From Escherichia coli (GTDB lineage: Bacteria; Pseudomonadota; Gammaproteobacteria; Enterobacterales; Enterobacteriaceae): a DNA stretch of 64,000 nt. Of the stretch, positions 34,813 through 45,928 are shown piece after piece. A program made the translations under genes and the position numbers. Every line of letters begins with the position of its first letter. The stretch's first letter is position 1. Where the stretch lies: the NCBI RefSeq assembly GCF_017348835.2, contig NZ_CP071375.1. One strand, written 5' to 3'. A model generated the notes under the pieces. That model had not been told where the DNA came from, made no database searches, and saw only the letters and a program-made list of their open reading frames with translations.

Positions 34813-36021
34813 GTGAAACGATTACAGGCATTTAAATTCCAGTTAAGACCAGGTGGTCAACAGGAGTGTGAAATGAGGCGCTTCGCAGGCGCATGTCGTT
34901 TCGTTTTCAATCGTGCTCTGGCACGTCAGAATGAGAATCATGAGGCAGGTAATAAATACATCCCTTACGGGAAAATGGCTTCCTGGCTGGTTGAGTGGAA
35001 AAATGCCACTGAAACGCAATGGCTTAAAGATTCTCCCTCACAGCCATTGCAACAGTCACTGAAAGACCTTGAGCGGGCTTACAAAAACTTCTTCCGGAAG
35101 CGGGCTGCTTTTCCCCGATTCAAAAAGCGGGGACAGAATGATGCATTCCGCTACCCGCAGGGCGTTAAGCTCGATCAGGAAAACAGCCGTATTTTTCTGC
35201 CGAAACTGGGCTGGATGGGCTACCGGAATAGCCGTCAGGTCACGGGTGTTGTGAAAAATGTCACTGTCAGCCAGTCCTGCGGTAAGTGGTACATCAGTAT
35301 TCAGACAGAAAGTGAAGTATCCACTCCGGTTCACCCTTCAGCATCAATGGTCGGGCTGGATGCTGGCGTGGCTAAACTCGCCACGCTGTCAGATTGCACA
35401 GTCTTTGAGCCTGTAAACAGTTTTCAGAAAAACCAGAAGACGCTGGCGAGACTTCAGCGACAGTTAAGCCGCAAGGTCAAATTCAGCAACAACTGGCAGA
35501 AGCAGAAACGCAAAATACAGCGACTGCATTCCCGTATCGCAAATATCCGCAGGGACTACCTTCACAAAGTCACAACGACCGTCAGCAAAAACCACGCAAT
35601 GATAGTCATTGAGGATTTGAAGGTCAGCAACATGTCAAAGTCAGCAGCGGGTACGGTCAGCCAGCCGGGGCGCAATGTCCGGGCAAAATCAGGTTTAAAC
35701 CGTTCGATACTGGATCAGGGCTGGTATGAAATGCGCCGCCAGCTTGAGTACAAGCAGCTCTGGCGTGGCGGTCAGGTGCTTGCTGTTCCGCCAGCGTACA
35801 CAAGTCAGCGTTGCGCGTGCTGTGGTCATACAGCGAAAGAAAATCGCCTGTCACAAAGTCAATTCAGATGCCAGGTATGTGGATATACAGCGAACGCCGA
35901 TGTAAACGGCGCTCGTAACATTTTAGCGGCGGGGCACGCCGTTCTTGCCTGTGGAGAGATGGTGCAGTCAGGCCGCCCGTTGAAGCAGGAACCCACCGAA
36001 ATGATTCAGGCGACAGCCTGA
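34813..36021 (+). CDS. tnpB: TnpB (OMEGA-type RuvC-like RNA-guided nuclease family; IS609 InsQ-like)
   Basis: 402 aa ORF with RuvC-I (VGLDAG), RuvC-II (IVIEDL), zinc finger CxxC-N15-CxxC and RuvC-III ([10 protein letters not shown]) motifs. Confidence 0.88.
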   Translation: MKRLQAFKFQLRPGGQQECEMRRFAGACRFVFNRALARQNENHEAGNKYIPYGKMASWLVEWKNATETQWLKDSPSQPLQQSLKDLERAYKNFFRKRAAFPRFKKRGQNDAFRYPQGVKLDQENSRIFLPKLGWMGYRNSRQVTGVVKNVTVSQSCGKWYISIQTESEVSTPVHPSASMVGLDAGVAKLATLSDCTVFEPVNSFQKNQKTLARLQRQLSRKVKFSNNWQKQKRKIQRLHSRIANIRRDYLHKVTTTVSKNHAMIVIEDLKVSNMSKSAAGTVSQPGRNVRAKSGLNRSILDQGWYEMRRQLEYKQLWRGGQVLAVPPAYTSQRCACCGHTAKENRLSQSQFRCQVCGYTANADVNGARNILAAGHAVLACGEMVQSGRPLKQEPTEMIQATA

Positions 36022-36060
36022 ACGTAGCAGGGATCCACGTCCTTCAGGGCGTGGAGGATG

Positions 36061-37236
36061 TCAATATCGGTTTCTGTCAGCGATTAAATTCAACACCACG
36101 TAACAAACGCCTCCGGCAATTAATCCCCAGAACGCAGAACCAATCCCGACCAGCGTCAATCCACTTGCCGTTACCAGAAATGCCACCACCGCCGCGTCGC
36201 GCTCACGCTCATTATGCAGCGCCTGATACAAACTTCCGCCAATGGTACTCAACAGCGCCAGACCTGCCAGCATCTGGATCCAACTTACGGGCAGGGCAGC
36301 CATCATCCCGGTAATGGCACTACCAAACAGACCTGCGAGCAAATAGAAAATGCCTGCAACGGCAGCTGCCAGCCAACGTTGATCTTTATCCGGATGCGCT
36401 TCCGGGCTTTGGCAAATAGCCGCGGTGATTGCCGCAATACCGACGGAATAAACGCCGAAAGGGGAAAAAACCAGTGCCAGCAATCCAGTAAATACAATTA
36501 ATGGCGAAACAGGAGCCGAATATCCGGCGGCTTTCATTGCTGCGATACCCGGTGCGTTTTGCGATGCCATCGTCACCAGAAAAAGGGGGAGTGCAACGCT
36601 CAGGCTGTGAGCAAACGCAAAATCAGGGGTAATATAAGTGGGGAGAACGGGTTTAAAGACAACATCAGTTGTGACAACGTCACCTTGCGCGATAACGATC
36701 ACGATCCCAATAATCATCGCGGCAATTACCGCATAGCGCGGCGCAACGGCCTTGGTTGCCAGCCATACCAGCAACATACTGCCACACAACGTAAATTGAC
36801 CGTCCAGACTGGCAAACGCCTGTAAACCAAAGCGTAATAAAATCCCGGCAAGCATTGCCGCCGCAAGCGAGTGCGGAATAATGCACATCAGACGAGCAAA
36901 GAGTCCCGTTATGCCGCAGAGGACTATTAACGCGTTGGTGACAATAAAAACGCCGATGGCTTCGTTAAGTGTTAGTCCCTGCAATCCGGTGACCAACAAA
37001 GCCGCGCCAGGCGTTGACCATGCGGTGAGAACAGGTACGCGATACCATAATGTCAGAGCCAGCGTACTGACGCCCATTGCCAGCCCCAGCGCCGTCATCC
37101 AGCCAGAGATTTGTGCAGTGGTGGCTCCGGCGACAATCGCTGCTTGCCAGATTATTGCCGCTGAACTGGCGTAGCCAATTAATACCGCCAGAAACCCCGC
37201 CAGTAGCGTGGGTGGAGGAACAGAAAACAGACGCAT
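36061..37236 (-). CDS. ydcO: BenE-family (benzoate) membrane transporter
   Basis: 391 aa polytopic membrane ORF from ATG at 37236 (MRLFSVPPPTLLAGF...); stop lies immediately next to the IS right end. Confidence 0.88.
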   Translation of the reverse strand: MRLFSVPPPTLLAGFLAVLIGYASSAAIIWQAAIVAGATTAQISGWMTALGLAMGVSTLALTLWYRVPVLTAWSTPGAALLVTGLQGLTLNEAIGVFIVTNALIVLCGITGLFARLMCIIPHSLAAAMLAGILLRFGLQAFASLDGQFTLCGSMLLVWLATKAVAPRYAVIAAMIIGIVIVIAQGDVVTTDVVFKPVLPTYITPDFAFAHSLSVALPLFLVTMASQNAPGIAAMKAAGYSAPVSPLIVFTGLLALVFSPFGVYSVGIAAITAAICQSPEAHPDKDQRWLAAAVAGIFYLLAGLFGSAITGMMAALPVSWIQMLAGLALLSTIGGSLYQALHNERERDAAVVAFLVTASGLTLVGIGSAFWGLIAGGVCYVVLNLIADRNRY

Positions 37237-37327
37237 AGTCACCTCGTGCGTTATAGCGTACAGGCACCGTAGCATTTGTCCGTTATAACGCACAAGTGAT
37301 AAACTTCCGTTTTGCCGGAGGAGTCGC

Positions 37328-37864
37328 ATGGAAAATCTCGCTCGCTTTTTATCCACCACACTTAAACAACTACGTCAGCAGCGCGGCTGGAGTCTTTCGC
37401 GACTGGCAGAAGCGACGGGCGTTTCTAAAGCGATGTTAGGGCAGATTGAGCGTAATGAATCCAGCCCGACGGTCGCGACATTATGGAAAATTGCCACCGG
37501 GTTGAACGTGCCATTTTCGACATTTATTTCTCCGCCACAGTCCGCTACGCCTTCAGTTTATGATCCACAACAGCAGGCGATGGTGATCACTTCACTGTTT
37601 CCTTATGATCCACAACTCTGCTTTGAACACTTCTCGATTCAGATGGCACCTGGTGCAATAAGCGAATCGACGCCCCATGAGAAGGGGGTAATCGAACATG
37701 TCGTCGTCATTGATGGACAACTTGATCTGTGCGTTGATGGGGAATGGCAGAGCCTTAATTGTGGGGAAGGCGCTCGATTTGCTGCAGACGTCACGCATGT
37801 CTATCGTAATGGTGGGGAGCAAACCGTACATTTTCATTCCCTCATCCATTACCCGCGCAGTTAA
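37328..37864 (+). CDS. ydcN: XRE-family HTH transcriptional regulator with cupin domain
   Basis: 178 aa ORF; N-terminal HTH (LSRLAEATGVSKAMLGQIERNES). Confidence 0.88.
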   Translation: MENLARFLSTTLKQLRQQRGWSLSRLAEATGVSKAMLGQIERNESSPTVATLWKIATGLNVPFSTFISPPQSATPSVYDPQQQAMVITSLFPYDPQLCFEHFSIQMAPGAISESTPHEKGVIEHVVVIDGQLDLCVDGEWQSLNCGEGARFAADVTHVYRNGGEQTVHFHSLIHYPRS

Positions 37865-37936
37865 GCGGGAAAACTATTTCGCAACGTCGCGCTTGTGGCT
37901 AAAATAGCCGCCATTTTTCAGCTACTGGATAAGAAT

Positions 37937-39898
37937 GTGACCGTATCTTCTCATCGACTTGAACTGTTAAGCCCGGCACGCGATGCCGCCATTGCCCGCG
38001 AAGCTATTTTGCACGGTGCTGATGCTGTTTATATCGGCGGCCCTGGTTTTGGTGCCCGTCATAATGCCAGTAATAGCCTGAAAGATATTGCCGAGTTGGT
38101 GCCGTTTGCCCATCGTTATGGTGCAAAAATTTTCGTCACGCTTAACACCATTTTGCATGATGATGAGCTGGAACCCGCGCAACGGCTGATTACCGACCTC
38201 TACCAGACCGGCGTCGATGCGCTGATTGTTCAGGATATGGGGATTCTGGAACTTGATATTCCGCCGATTGAACTGCAGGCCAGTACGCAGTGCGACATTC
38301 GTACAGTAGAAAAAGCGAAGTTCCTCTCTGATGTTGGCTTCACGCAGATTGTGCTGGCGCGAGAGCTGAATCTTGAGCAGATCCGCGCGATTCACCAGGC
38401 TACGGACGCGACCATTGAATTCTTTATTCATGGCGCATTGTGCGTGGCCTATTCGGGTCAGTGCTACATATCTCATGCGCAAACAGGGCGTAGCGCCAAC
38501 CGTGGCGATTGTTCACAGGCGTGCCGTTTGCCATACACATTGAAAGACGATCAGGGGCGGGTGGTTTCCTATGAAAAACATCTGCTGTCGATGAAAGATA
38601 ACGATCAGACTGCCAACCTCGGCGCGCTGATTGATGCTGGTGTACGCTCCTTCAAGATTGAAGGGCGTTACAAAGATATGAGCTACGTGAAGAATATCAC
38701 CGCCCATTATCGCCAGATGCTGGATGCCATTATTGAAGAACGTGGCGATCTGACGCGTGCTTCATCAGGTCGTACTGAACATTTCTTTGTTCCATCGACG
38801 GAAAAGACTTTCCACCGTGGTAGCACAGATTATTTTGTGAATGCCCGTAAAGGCGATATTGGCGCGTTCGATTCGCCGAAATTTATCGGCCTGCCGGTAG
38901 GCGAAGTAGTGAAAGTGGCGAAAGATCATCTCGATGTTGCCGTTACCGAGCCACTGGCAAATGGCGATGGCCTGAACGTGTTGATTAAACGTGAAGTCGT
39001 CGGTTTTCGTGCCAATACGGTCGAGAAAACCGGAGAAAATCAGTACCGCGTCTGGCCCAATGAAATGCCAGCAGATTTGCACAAAATTTGCCCGCATCAC
39101 CCACTAAACCGTAATCTTGATCATAACTGGCAGCAGGCACTGACAAAAACCTCCAGCGAACGTCGGGTGGCGGTAGACATTGAACTGGGCGGTTGGCAGG
39201 AACAATTGATTCTGACTCTCACCAGTGAAGAGGGGGTCAGCATAACGCATACGCTGGATGGGCAGTTCGACGAAGCCAATAACGCCGAAAAAGCAATGAA
39301 CAATCTGAAGGATGGTCTGGCAAAACTGGGGCAAACCCTCTATTACGCCCGCGATGTGCAAATTAATTTGCCGGGGGCGCTGTTTGTACCAAACAGTCTG
39401 TTAAACCAGTTCCGCCGTGAAGCTGCTGACATGCTGGATGCTGCGCGTCTTGCCAGTTACCAGCGCGGCAGCCGTAAACCGGTTGCTGATCCTGCGCCGG
39501 TTTATCCGCAAACGCATCTGAGTTTCCTCGCGAACGTTTACAACCAGAAAGCGCGTGAATTTTATCATCGCTATGGTGTGCAGCTGATTGACGCGGCGTA
39601 TGAGGCACATGAAGAGAAGGGCGAAGTCCCTGTGATGATCACCAAGCATTGTCTGCGCTTTGCCTTTAATCTGTGCCCGAAACAGGCGAAAGGCAATATC
39701 AAAAGCTGGAAGGCGACGCCAATGCAACTGGTAAACGGCGATGAAGTATTAACGCTAAAGTTTGATTGCCGCCCATGCGAGATGCACGTCATTGGCAAAA
39801 TCAAAAATCACATACTGAAAATGCCGTTACCGGGAAGCGTAGTGGCATCCGTAAGTCCGGATGAGCTGCTGAAAACATTGCCGAAGCGAAAAGGGTAA
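37937..39898 (+). CDS. ydcP: Peptidase U32 family protein
   Basis: 653 aa from a GTG start at 37937 (MTVSSHRLELLSPARD...); the ORF-track ATG at 37895 is probably an N-terminal over-extension. Confidence 0.85.
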   Translation: MTVSSHRLELLSPARDAAIAREAILHGADAVYIGGPGFGARHNASNSLKDIAELVPFAHRYGAKIFVTLNTILHDDELEPAQRLITDLYQTGVDALIVQDMGILELDIPPIELQASTQCDIRTVEKAKFLSDVGFTQIVLARELNLEQIRAIHQATDATIEFFIHGALCVAYSGQCYISHAQTGRSANRGDCSQACRLPYTLKDDQGRVVSYEKHLLSMKDNDQTANLGALIDAGVRSFKIEGRYKDMSYVKNITAHYRQMLDAIIEERGDLTRASSGRTEHFFVPSTEKTFHRGSTDYFVNARKGDIGAFDSPKFIGLPVGEVVKVAKDHLDVAVTEPLANGDGLNVLIKREVVGFRANTVEKTGENQYRVWPNEMPADLHKICPHHPLNRNLDHNWQQALTKTSSERRVAVDIELGGWQEQLILTLTSEEGVSITHTLDGQFDEANNAEKAMNNLKDGLAKLGQTLYYARDVQINLPGALFVPNSLLNQFRREAADMLDAARLASYQRGSRKPVADPAPVYPQTHLSFLANVYNQKAREFYHRYGVQLIDAAYEAHEEKGEVPVMITKHCLRFAFNLCPKQAKGNIKSWKATPMQLVNGDEVLTLKFDCRPCEMHVIGKIKNHILKMPLPGSVVASVSPDELLKTLPKRKG

Positions 39899-39946
39899 AA
39901 CGCCAGTTTTCTGGTTACTCACAACTTATTGAATCTGCATGATATT

Positions 39947-39980
39947 GCCTGCCGGGTAAGGCGTTACGCCGCATCCGGCA
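39947..39980. repeat. REP (repetitive extragenic palindrome) element
   Basis: GCCTGCCGGGTAAGGCGTTACGCCGCATCCGGCA matches the REP consensus; lies between convergent ydcP and yncJ. Confidence 0.7.
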
Positions 39981-39989
39981 TCAAATGAC

Positions 39990-40220
39990 TCAACGTTGTC
40001 CCGCTTCTGGTTTGCGCGATTTTTGCCAGTAAAAATGCTCGCGCAAACCTTCCGCCGACTCTTCCGCCACAGCACGCAATTCATCGCTGTCCGCTTCATG
40101 ACGCAGCTGATGATCCACATTCTTTACCCACACAAATTCATGTCCTTTGTGCCCTGCCATGAGTTGTCCTGAAAACAGAGCACACGTTAATAAGACAACC
40201 GATAACGCCTTCGTAAACAT
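39990..40220 (-). CDS. yncJ: Secreted DUF2554 family small protein
   Basis: 76 aa ORF with signal peptide MFTKALSVVLLTCALFSGQLMA. Confidence 0.85.
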   Translation of the reverse strand: MFTKALSVVLLTCALFSGQLMAGHKGHEFVWVKNVDHQLRHEADSDELRAVAEESAEGLREHFYWQKSRKPEAGQR

Positions 40221-40441
40221 CCTGCCACCTTTTTCTTACCTTTTGCCGCTATGATGCCGATCGTTTCTTGAGGTTATTATTCAGTTTTGCAAATTAGCGC
40301 AAAGAAATTCTGGAATCTTCCTTCCTGATTTTGCATTGCATTCTGCCGTTGCGGCGATTTAGTGCTATTTTCGAGCAAATTACACACGGAGGTAAACACT
40401 AATGTTTACTTTGTTGATATACTCAGCGGCAGGGAGGCGAT

Positions 40442-40618
40442 GTGAAACAAAGCGAGTTCAGACGTTGGCTCGAATCTCAGGGCGTCGATGTAGCGAATGG
40501 CAGCAACCATTTGAAACTCAGGTTTCATGGGAGGCGCAGTGTCATGCCGCGTCACCCCTGCGATGAGATTAAAGAACCATTGCGTAAAGCAATCCTGAAA
40601 CAACTCGGTTTGAGTTAA
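40442..40618 (+). CDS. hicA: HicA mRNA interferase toxin (type II TA)
   Basis: 58 aa from GTG at 40442 (MKQSEFRRWLESQGVDVANGSNHLKLRFHGRRSVMPRHPCDEIKEPLRKAILKQLGLS); below the ORF-track size cutoff. Confidence 0.82.
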   Translation: MKQSEFRRWLESQGVDVANGSNHLKLRFHGRRSVMPRHPCDEIKEPLRKAILKQLGLS

Positions 40619-40642
40619 TCGCCAATTAAAAAGGTTAATGAC

Positions 40643-41080
<438 letters not shown>

Positions 41081-41158
41081 TTACAGTTAACGAAAAGTTG
41101 TCATTTTTAACAACTGATATAGACTGCCGAATCATCTGCACATAATTACGATTCGATA

Positions 41159-42568
41159 ATGAAAAAATACCAGCAGCTTGCAGAACAATTACGCGAGCAG
41201 ATTGCGTCGGGTATTTGGCAACCCGGCGATCGTTTGCCTTCGTTGCGTGACCAGGTGGCGCTTTCTGGCATGAGCTTTATGACTGTCAGCCATGCCTATC
41301 AGTTGCTCGAAAGTCAGGGATATATTATCGCACGCCCGCAGTCGGGTTATTACGTTGCGCCACAGGCAATAAAAATGCCGAAAGCGCCAGTCATTCCAGT
41401 CACTCGAGATGAAGCAGTCGATATCAACACTTATATTTTTGATATGTTGCAGGCCAGTCGCGATCCGTCGGTCGTTCCGTTTGCCTCGGCCTTTCCCGAC
41501 CCGCGACTTTTCCCCCTACAACAACTAAACCGCTCGCTGGCGCAGGTAAGCAAAACCGCCACAGCGATGAGCGTGATTGAAAACTTACCGCCAGGAAACG
41601 CAGAACTGCGTCAGGCTATTGCTCGTCGCTATGCCTTACAGGGCATCACCATTTCTCCTGATGAAATTGTCATTACTGCCGGGGCGTTAGAGGCATTAAA
41701 CCTCAGTTTGCAAGCGGTAACTGAACCGGGCGATTGGGTGATAGTAGAGAATCCTTGTTTCTATGGCGCGTTGCAGGCGCTGGAACGGCTACGGCTGAAA
41801 GCGTTATCGGTGGCGACGGATGTTAAAGAAGGGATAGATCTTCAGGCGTTGGAACTGGCGTTGCAGGAGTATCCGGTGAAAGCGTGCTGGCTGATGACTA
41901 ATAGCCAGAATCCACTCGGATTTACCTTAACGCCGCAAAAAAAAGCACAACTGGTGGCGTTGCTCAATCAGTACAACGTAACGCTGATTGAAGATGACGT
42001 TTACAGCGAACTTTATTTTGGACGGGAAAAACCGCTGCCTGCGAAAGCGTGGGATCGCCACGATGGCGTTTTGCATTGCTCTTCGTTTTCGAAATGTCTG
42101 GTGCCTGGTTTTCGTATTGGTTGGGTCGCCGCCGGAAAACATGCACGTAAAATTCAACGCTTGCAGCTGATGAGTACGCTTTCCACCAGCTCACCGATGC
42201 AGCTTGCGCTGGTGGATTACCTTTCCACGCGCCGATACGACGCCCATCTTCGTCGCCTGCGTCGCCAGCTTGCGGAACGTAAACAACGTGCCTGGCAGGC
42301 ACTGCTGCGTTATCTGCCTGCGGAAGTGAAAATTCATCATAATGACAGCGGTTATTTTCTCTGGCTGGAGCTTCCCGAACCGTTAGATGCCGGCGAATTG
42401 AGCCTGGCGGCACTGACGCATCATATCAGTATTGCGCCGGGTAAAATGTTTTCTACCGGTGAAAACTGGTCACGTTTTTTTCGTTTTAATACCGCGTGGC
42501 AGTGGGGAGAACGTGAAGAACAGGCGGTAAAACAATTAGGTCACCTTATTAAAGAATACCTGAAATAG
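41159..42568 (+). CDS. ydcR: MocR/GntR-family regulator with PLP-dependent aminotransferase domain
   Basis: 469 aa ORF; N-terminal GntR HTH, C-terminal class I aminotransferase-like. Confidence 0.88.
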   Translation: MKKYQQLAEQLREQIASGIWQPGDRLPSLRDQVALSGMSFMTVSHAYQLLESQGYIIARPQSGYYVAPQAIKMPKAPVIPVTRDEAVDINTYIFDMLQASRDPSVVPFASAFPDPRLFPLQQLNRSLAQVSKTATAMSVIENLPPGNAELRQAIARRYALQGITISPDEIVITAGALEALNLSLQAVTEPGDWVIVENPCFYGALQALERLRLKALSVATDVKEGIDLQALELALQEYPVKACWLMTNSQNPLGFTLTPQKKAQLVALLNQYNVTLIEDDVYSELYFGREKPLPAKAWDRHDGVLHCSSFSKCLVPGFRIGWVAAGKHARKIQRLQLMSTLSTSSPMQLALVDYLSTRRYDAHLRRLRRQLAERKQRAWQALLRYLPAEVKIHHNDSGYFLWLELPEPLDAGELSLAALTHHISIAPGKMFSTGENWSRFFRFNTAWQWGEREEQAVKQLGHLIKEYLK

Positions 42569-42809
42569 ATCCCCATTCAATTTCTCTCAGGTTGGGTAAT
42601 ATGAATTTCGAATAGCAGTCATATTTCCTAACTCCTTGTCTATACTCCAGAAGATAACCTTACAGACGGCATAATGCGCGGTAGCTCACAACCTGATTAA
42701 ATTTTCTCAGGGGCGAAGGTGTGCCTGCAAGCCGCCGTCTATGGTTAAACAAGGAGATATTTTTACGGCACGGCGGCTGAACAATTAATTACGACAGGAG
42801 TAAGACCTT

Positions 42810-43955
42810 ATGAGCAAGACATTTGCCCGCAGCAGCCTGTGTGCGCTCAGCATGACAATAATGACCGCTCACGCCGCCGAACCGCCTACCAATTTAGATA
42901 AACCGGAAGGGCGACTGGATATTATCGCCTGGCCGGGATATATCGAACGCGGACAAACTGATAAACAATACGACTGGGTAACGCAATTCGAAAAAGAGAC
43001 AGGCTGCGCGGTGAATGTGAAAACCGCCGCGACTTCCGATGAAATGGTCAGTCTGATGACCAAAGGGGGTTACGATCTGGTTACGGCATCCGGCGATGCC
43101 TCGCTGCGTTTGATTATGGGTAAACGCGTGCAGCTGATTAATACCGCATTGATTCCCAACTGGAAAACGCTCGATCCGCGCGTGGTTAAAGGCGACTGGT
43201 TTAACGTGGGCGGCAAAGTCTATGGCACGCCATATCAATGGGGTCCGAACCTGCTGATGTACAACACTAAAACCTTCCCGACGCCGCCGGATAGCTGGCA
43301 AGTGGTTTTTGTTGAGCAAAATCTGCCGGACGGCAAGAGCAATAAAGGCCGCGTTCAGGCTTATGATGGCCCTATCTACATTGCGGACGCTGCGTTGTTC
43401 GTTAAAGCCACTCAGCCGCAGTTGGGCATCAGCGATCCGTATCAACTCACCGAAGAACAGTACCAGGCGGTGCTGAAAGTGCTGCGTGATCAACATAGTT
43501 TGATCCATCGCTACTGGCATGACACTACCGTGCAAATGAGCGATTTCAAAAACGAGGGTGTGGTTGCTTCCAGTGCCTGGCCCTATCAGGCCAACGCCCT
43601 GAAAGCCGAAGGCCAGCCTGTCGCTACCGTATTTCCGAAAGAGGGCGTTACCGGTTGGGCTGACACCACCATGCTACATAGCGAAGCGAAACATCCGGTT
43701 TGCGCCTACAAATGGATGAACTGGTCATTAACGCCAAAAGTGCAGGGCGATGTGGCGGCCTGGTTTGGCTCGTTACCGGTAGTGCCGCAAGGGTGTAAAG
43801 CCAGTCCGTTATTAGGCGAAAAAGGTTGTGAAACCAACGGTTTTAACTATTTCGACAAAATCGCCTTCTGGAAAACGCCTATAGCAGAAGGGGGCAAGTT
43901 TGTTCCCTACAGTCGCTGGACGCAGGATTACATTGCCATTATGGGCGGTCGCTAA
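42810..43955 (+). CDS. ydcS: Polyamine ABC transporter periplasmic substrate-binding protein
   Basis: 381 aa ORF with signal peptide; first gene of ydcSTUV-patD. Confidence 0.9.
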   Translation: MSKTFARSSLCALSMTIMTAHAAEPPTNLDKPEGRLDIIAWPGYIERGQTDKQYDWVTQFEKETGCAVNVKTAATSDEMVSLMTKGGYDLVTASGDASLRLIMGKRVQLINTALIPNWKTLDPRVVKGDWFNVGGKVYGTPYQWGPNLLMYNTKTFPTPPDSWQVVFVEQNLPDGKSNKGRVQAYDGPIYIADAALFVKATQPQLGISDPYQLTEEQYQAVLKVLRDQHSLIHRYWHDTTVQMSDFKNEGVVASSAWPYQANALKAEGQPVATVFPKEGVTGWADTTMLHSEAKHPVCAYKWMNWSLTPKVQGDVAAWFGSLPVVPQGCKASPLLGEKGCETNGFNYFDKIAFWKTPIAEGGKFVPYSRWTQDYIAIMGGR

Positions 43956-43972
43956 CTTCGCTGGGGTGCTTT

Positions 43973-44986
43973 ATGACGTACGCAGTGGAGTTTGACAACG
44001 TCTCGCGGTTGTACGGTGACGTGCGCGCAGTAGATGGCGTCAGTATTGCGATAAAAGATGGTGAGTTCTTCTCAATGCTGGGGCCGTCCGGCTCCGGCAA
44101 AACCACCTGCCTGCGCCTGATTGCTGGCTTCGAACAGCTTTCCGGCGGGGCTATCTCTATCTTTGGTAAACCCGCCAGCAATCTGCCACCGTGGGAGCGG
44201 GACGTGAATACTGTCTTTCAGGACTACGCGCTATTTCCGCATATGTCGATTCTTGACAATGTCGCCTATGGGCTGATGGTCAAAGGCGTGAATAAAAAGC
44301 AGCGGCACGCAATGGCGCAAGAGGCGCTGGAGAAAGTGGCGTTGGGGTTTGTACATCAACGTAAACCGTCACAACTTTCTGGTGGTCAGCGCCAGCGGGT
44401 TGCTATCGCCAGAGCATTGGTGAATGAACCGCGCGTATTGCTGTTGGATGAACCGCTCGGCGCACTGGATCTCAAATTGCGTGAGCAGATGCAGCTGGAA
44501 CTGAAAAAACTGCAACAGTCTCTCGGTATCACTTTTATCTTCGTTACCCACGATCAGGGCGAAGCGTTATCGATGTCCGATCGTGTGGCGGTTTTCAATA
44601 ATGGACGCATTGAGCAGGTCGATTCCCCGCGCGATCTCTATATGCGCCCGCGCACGCCGTTTGTTGCCGGGTTCGTTGGTACATCGAATGTTTTTGATGG
44701 ACTGATGGCAGAGAAACTTTGTGGCATGACGGGAAGCTTCGCCCTGCGACCGGAACATATCCGCCTCAACACCCCTGGTGAACTGCAGGCCAATGGCACG
44801 ATCCAGGCGGTGCAATATCAGGGCGCGGCAACTCGTTTTGAACTGAAATTGAACGGCGGTGAAAAACTGCTGGTGAGTCAGGCCAATATGACAGGCGAAG
44901 AACTGCCTGCCACGCTCACGCCCGGACAACAGGTGATGGTTTCCTGGTCGCGTGATGTGATGGTGCCGCTGGTTGAGGAGAGGTGA
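43973..44986 (+). CDS. ydcT: ABC transporter ATP-binding protein
   Basis: 337 aa ORF with Walker A GPSGSGKTT and LSGGQRQR signature. Confidence 0.92.
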   Translation: MTYAVEFDNVSRLYGDVRAVDGVSIAIKDGEFFSMLGPSGSGKTTCLRLIAGFEQLSGGAISIFGKPASNLPPWERDVNTVFQDYALFPHMSILDNVAYGLMVKGVNKKQRHAMAQEALEKVALGFVHQRKPSQLSGGQRQRVAIARALVNEPRVLLLDEPLGALDLKLREQMQLELKKLQQSLGITFIFVTHDQGEALSMSDRVAVFNNGRIEQVDSPRDLYMRPRTPFVAGFVGTSNVFDGLMAEKLCGMTGSFALRPEHIRLNTPGELQANGTIQAVQYQGAATRFELKLNGGEKLLVSQANMTGEELPATLTPGQQVMVSWSRDVMVPLVEER

Positions 44987-45928
44987 ATGGCGATGAACGT
45001 ATTGCAATCACCTTCACGTCCAGGTCTGGGTAAGGTGTCCGGTTTCTTCTGGCGGAATCCGGGGCTGGGGCTGTTTTTACTGCTGCTTGGCCCGCTAATG
45101 TGGTTTGGCATTGTCTATTTCGGCTCGCTGCTAACGCTGTTATGGCAGGGCTTTTATACCTTTGACGATTTCACCATGTCGGTAACGCCGGAACTGACGC
45201 TGGCGAACATCCGTGCGCTGTTTAATCCGGCGAATTACGACATCATTCTCCGCACGCTGACTATGGCTGTGGCAGTCACTATCGCCAGCGCCATTCTGGC
45301 TTTTCCAATGGCGTGGTATATGGCGCGCTATACCAGCGGGAAAATGAAAGCGTTTTTTTATATTGCGGTAATGTTGCCGATGTGGGCGAGCTACATTGTT
45401 AAAGCCTATGCCTGGACGTTATTGCTGGCAAAAGATGGCGTGGCTCAGTGGTTTTTACAACATCTTAGGCTGGAACCACTGCTGACTGCGTTCCTTACAT
45501 TACCTGCGGTGGGCGGCAATACGCTGTCAACTTCCGGGCTGGGGCGCTTTCTGGTGTTTCTCTATATCTGGCTGCCGTTCATGATCCTGCCCGTGCAGGC
45601 GGCGCTTGAGCGTTTGCCGCCGTCATTGTTGCAGGCGTCAGCTGATCTCGGCGCACGTCCACGACAAACCTTTCGCTATGTGGTGCTGCCGCTGGCGATC
45701 CCGGGTATTGCCGCTGGCTCTATCTTTACCTTCTCACTCACACTGGGCGATTTTATCGTCCCGCAGCTGGTTGGCCCGCCAGGATATTTTATCGGCAATA
45801 TGGTTTATTCCCAGCAGGGGGCGATTGGCAATATGCCGATGGCGGCGGCATTCACCCTGGTGCCGATTGTTCTTATCGCACTGTACCTGGCGTTCGTGAA
45901 ACGTCTGGGAGCGTTCGATGCACTCTGA
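44987..45928 (+). CDS. ydcU: ABC transporter permease
   Basis: 313 aa polytopic membrane ORF. Confidence 0.9.
   Translation: MAMNVLQSPSRPGLGKVSGFFWRNPGLGLFLLLLGPLMWFGIVYFGSLLTLLWQGFYTFDDFTMSVTPELTLANIRALFNPANYDIILRTLTMAVAVTIASAILAFPMAWYMARYTSGKMKAFFYIAVMLPMWASYIVKAYAWTLLLAKDGVAQWFLQHLRLEPLLTAFLTLPAVGGNTLSTSGLGRFLVFLYIWLPFMILPVQAALERLPPSLLQASADLGARPRQTFRYVVLPLAIPGIAAGSIFTFSLTLGDFIVPQLVGPPGYFIGNMVYSQQGAIGNMPMAAAFTLVPIVLIALYLAFVKRLGAFDAL

Larger units (their letters stand above)
34310..36062. mobile_element. IS200/IS605-family insertion sequence (IS609-like), divergent tnpA and tnpB
   Basis: Near-identical subterminal hairpins on the same strand at both ends (CCCCGTCCTTCAGGGCGGGG at 34334-34353; CCACGTCCTTCAGGGCGTGG at 36035-36054) bracket Y1 transposase and TnpB genes; no terminal inverted repeats, as expected for this family. 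Confidence 0.8.

Noticed and set aside
42894-43535. 213-aa minus-strand ORF
   Set aside because: Antisense shadow within ydcS
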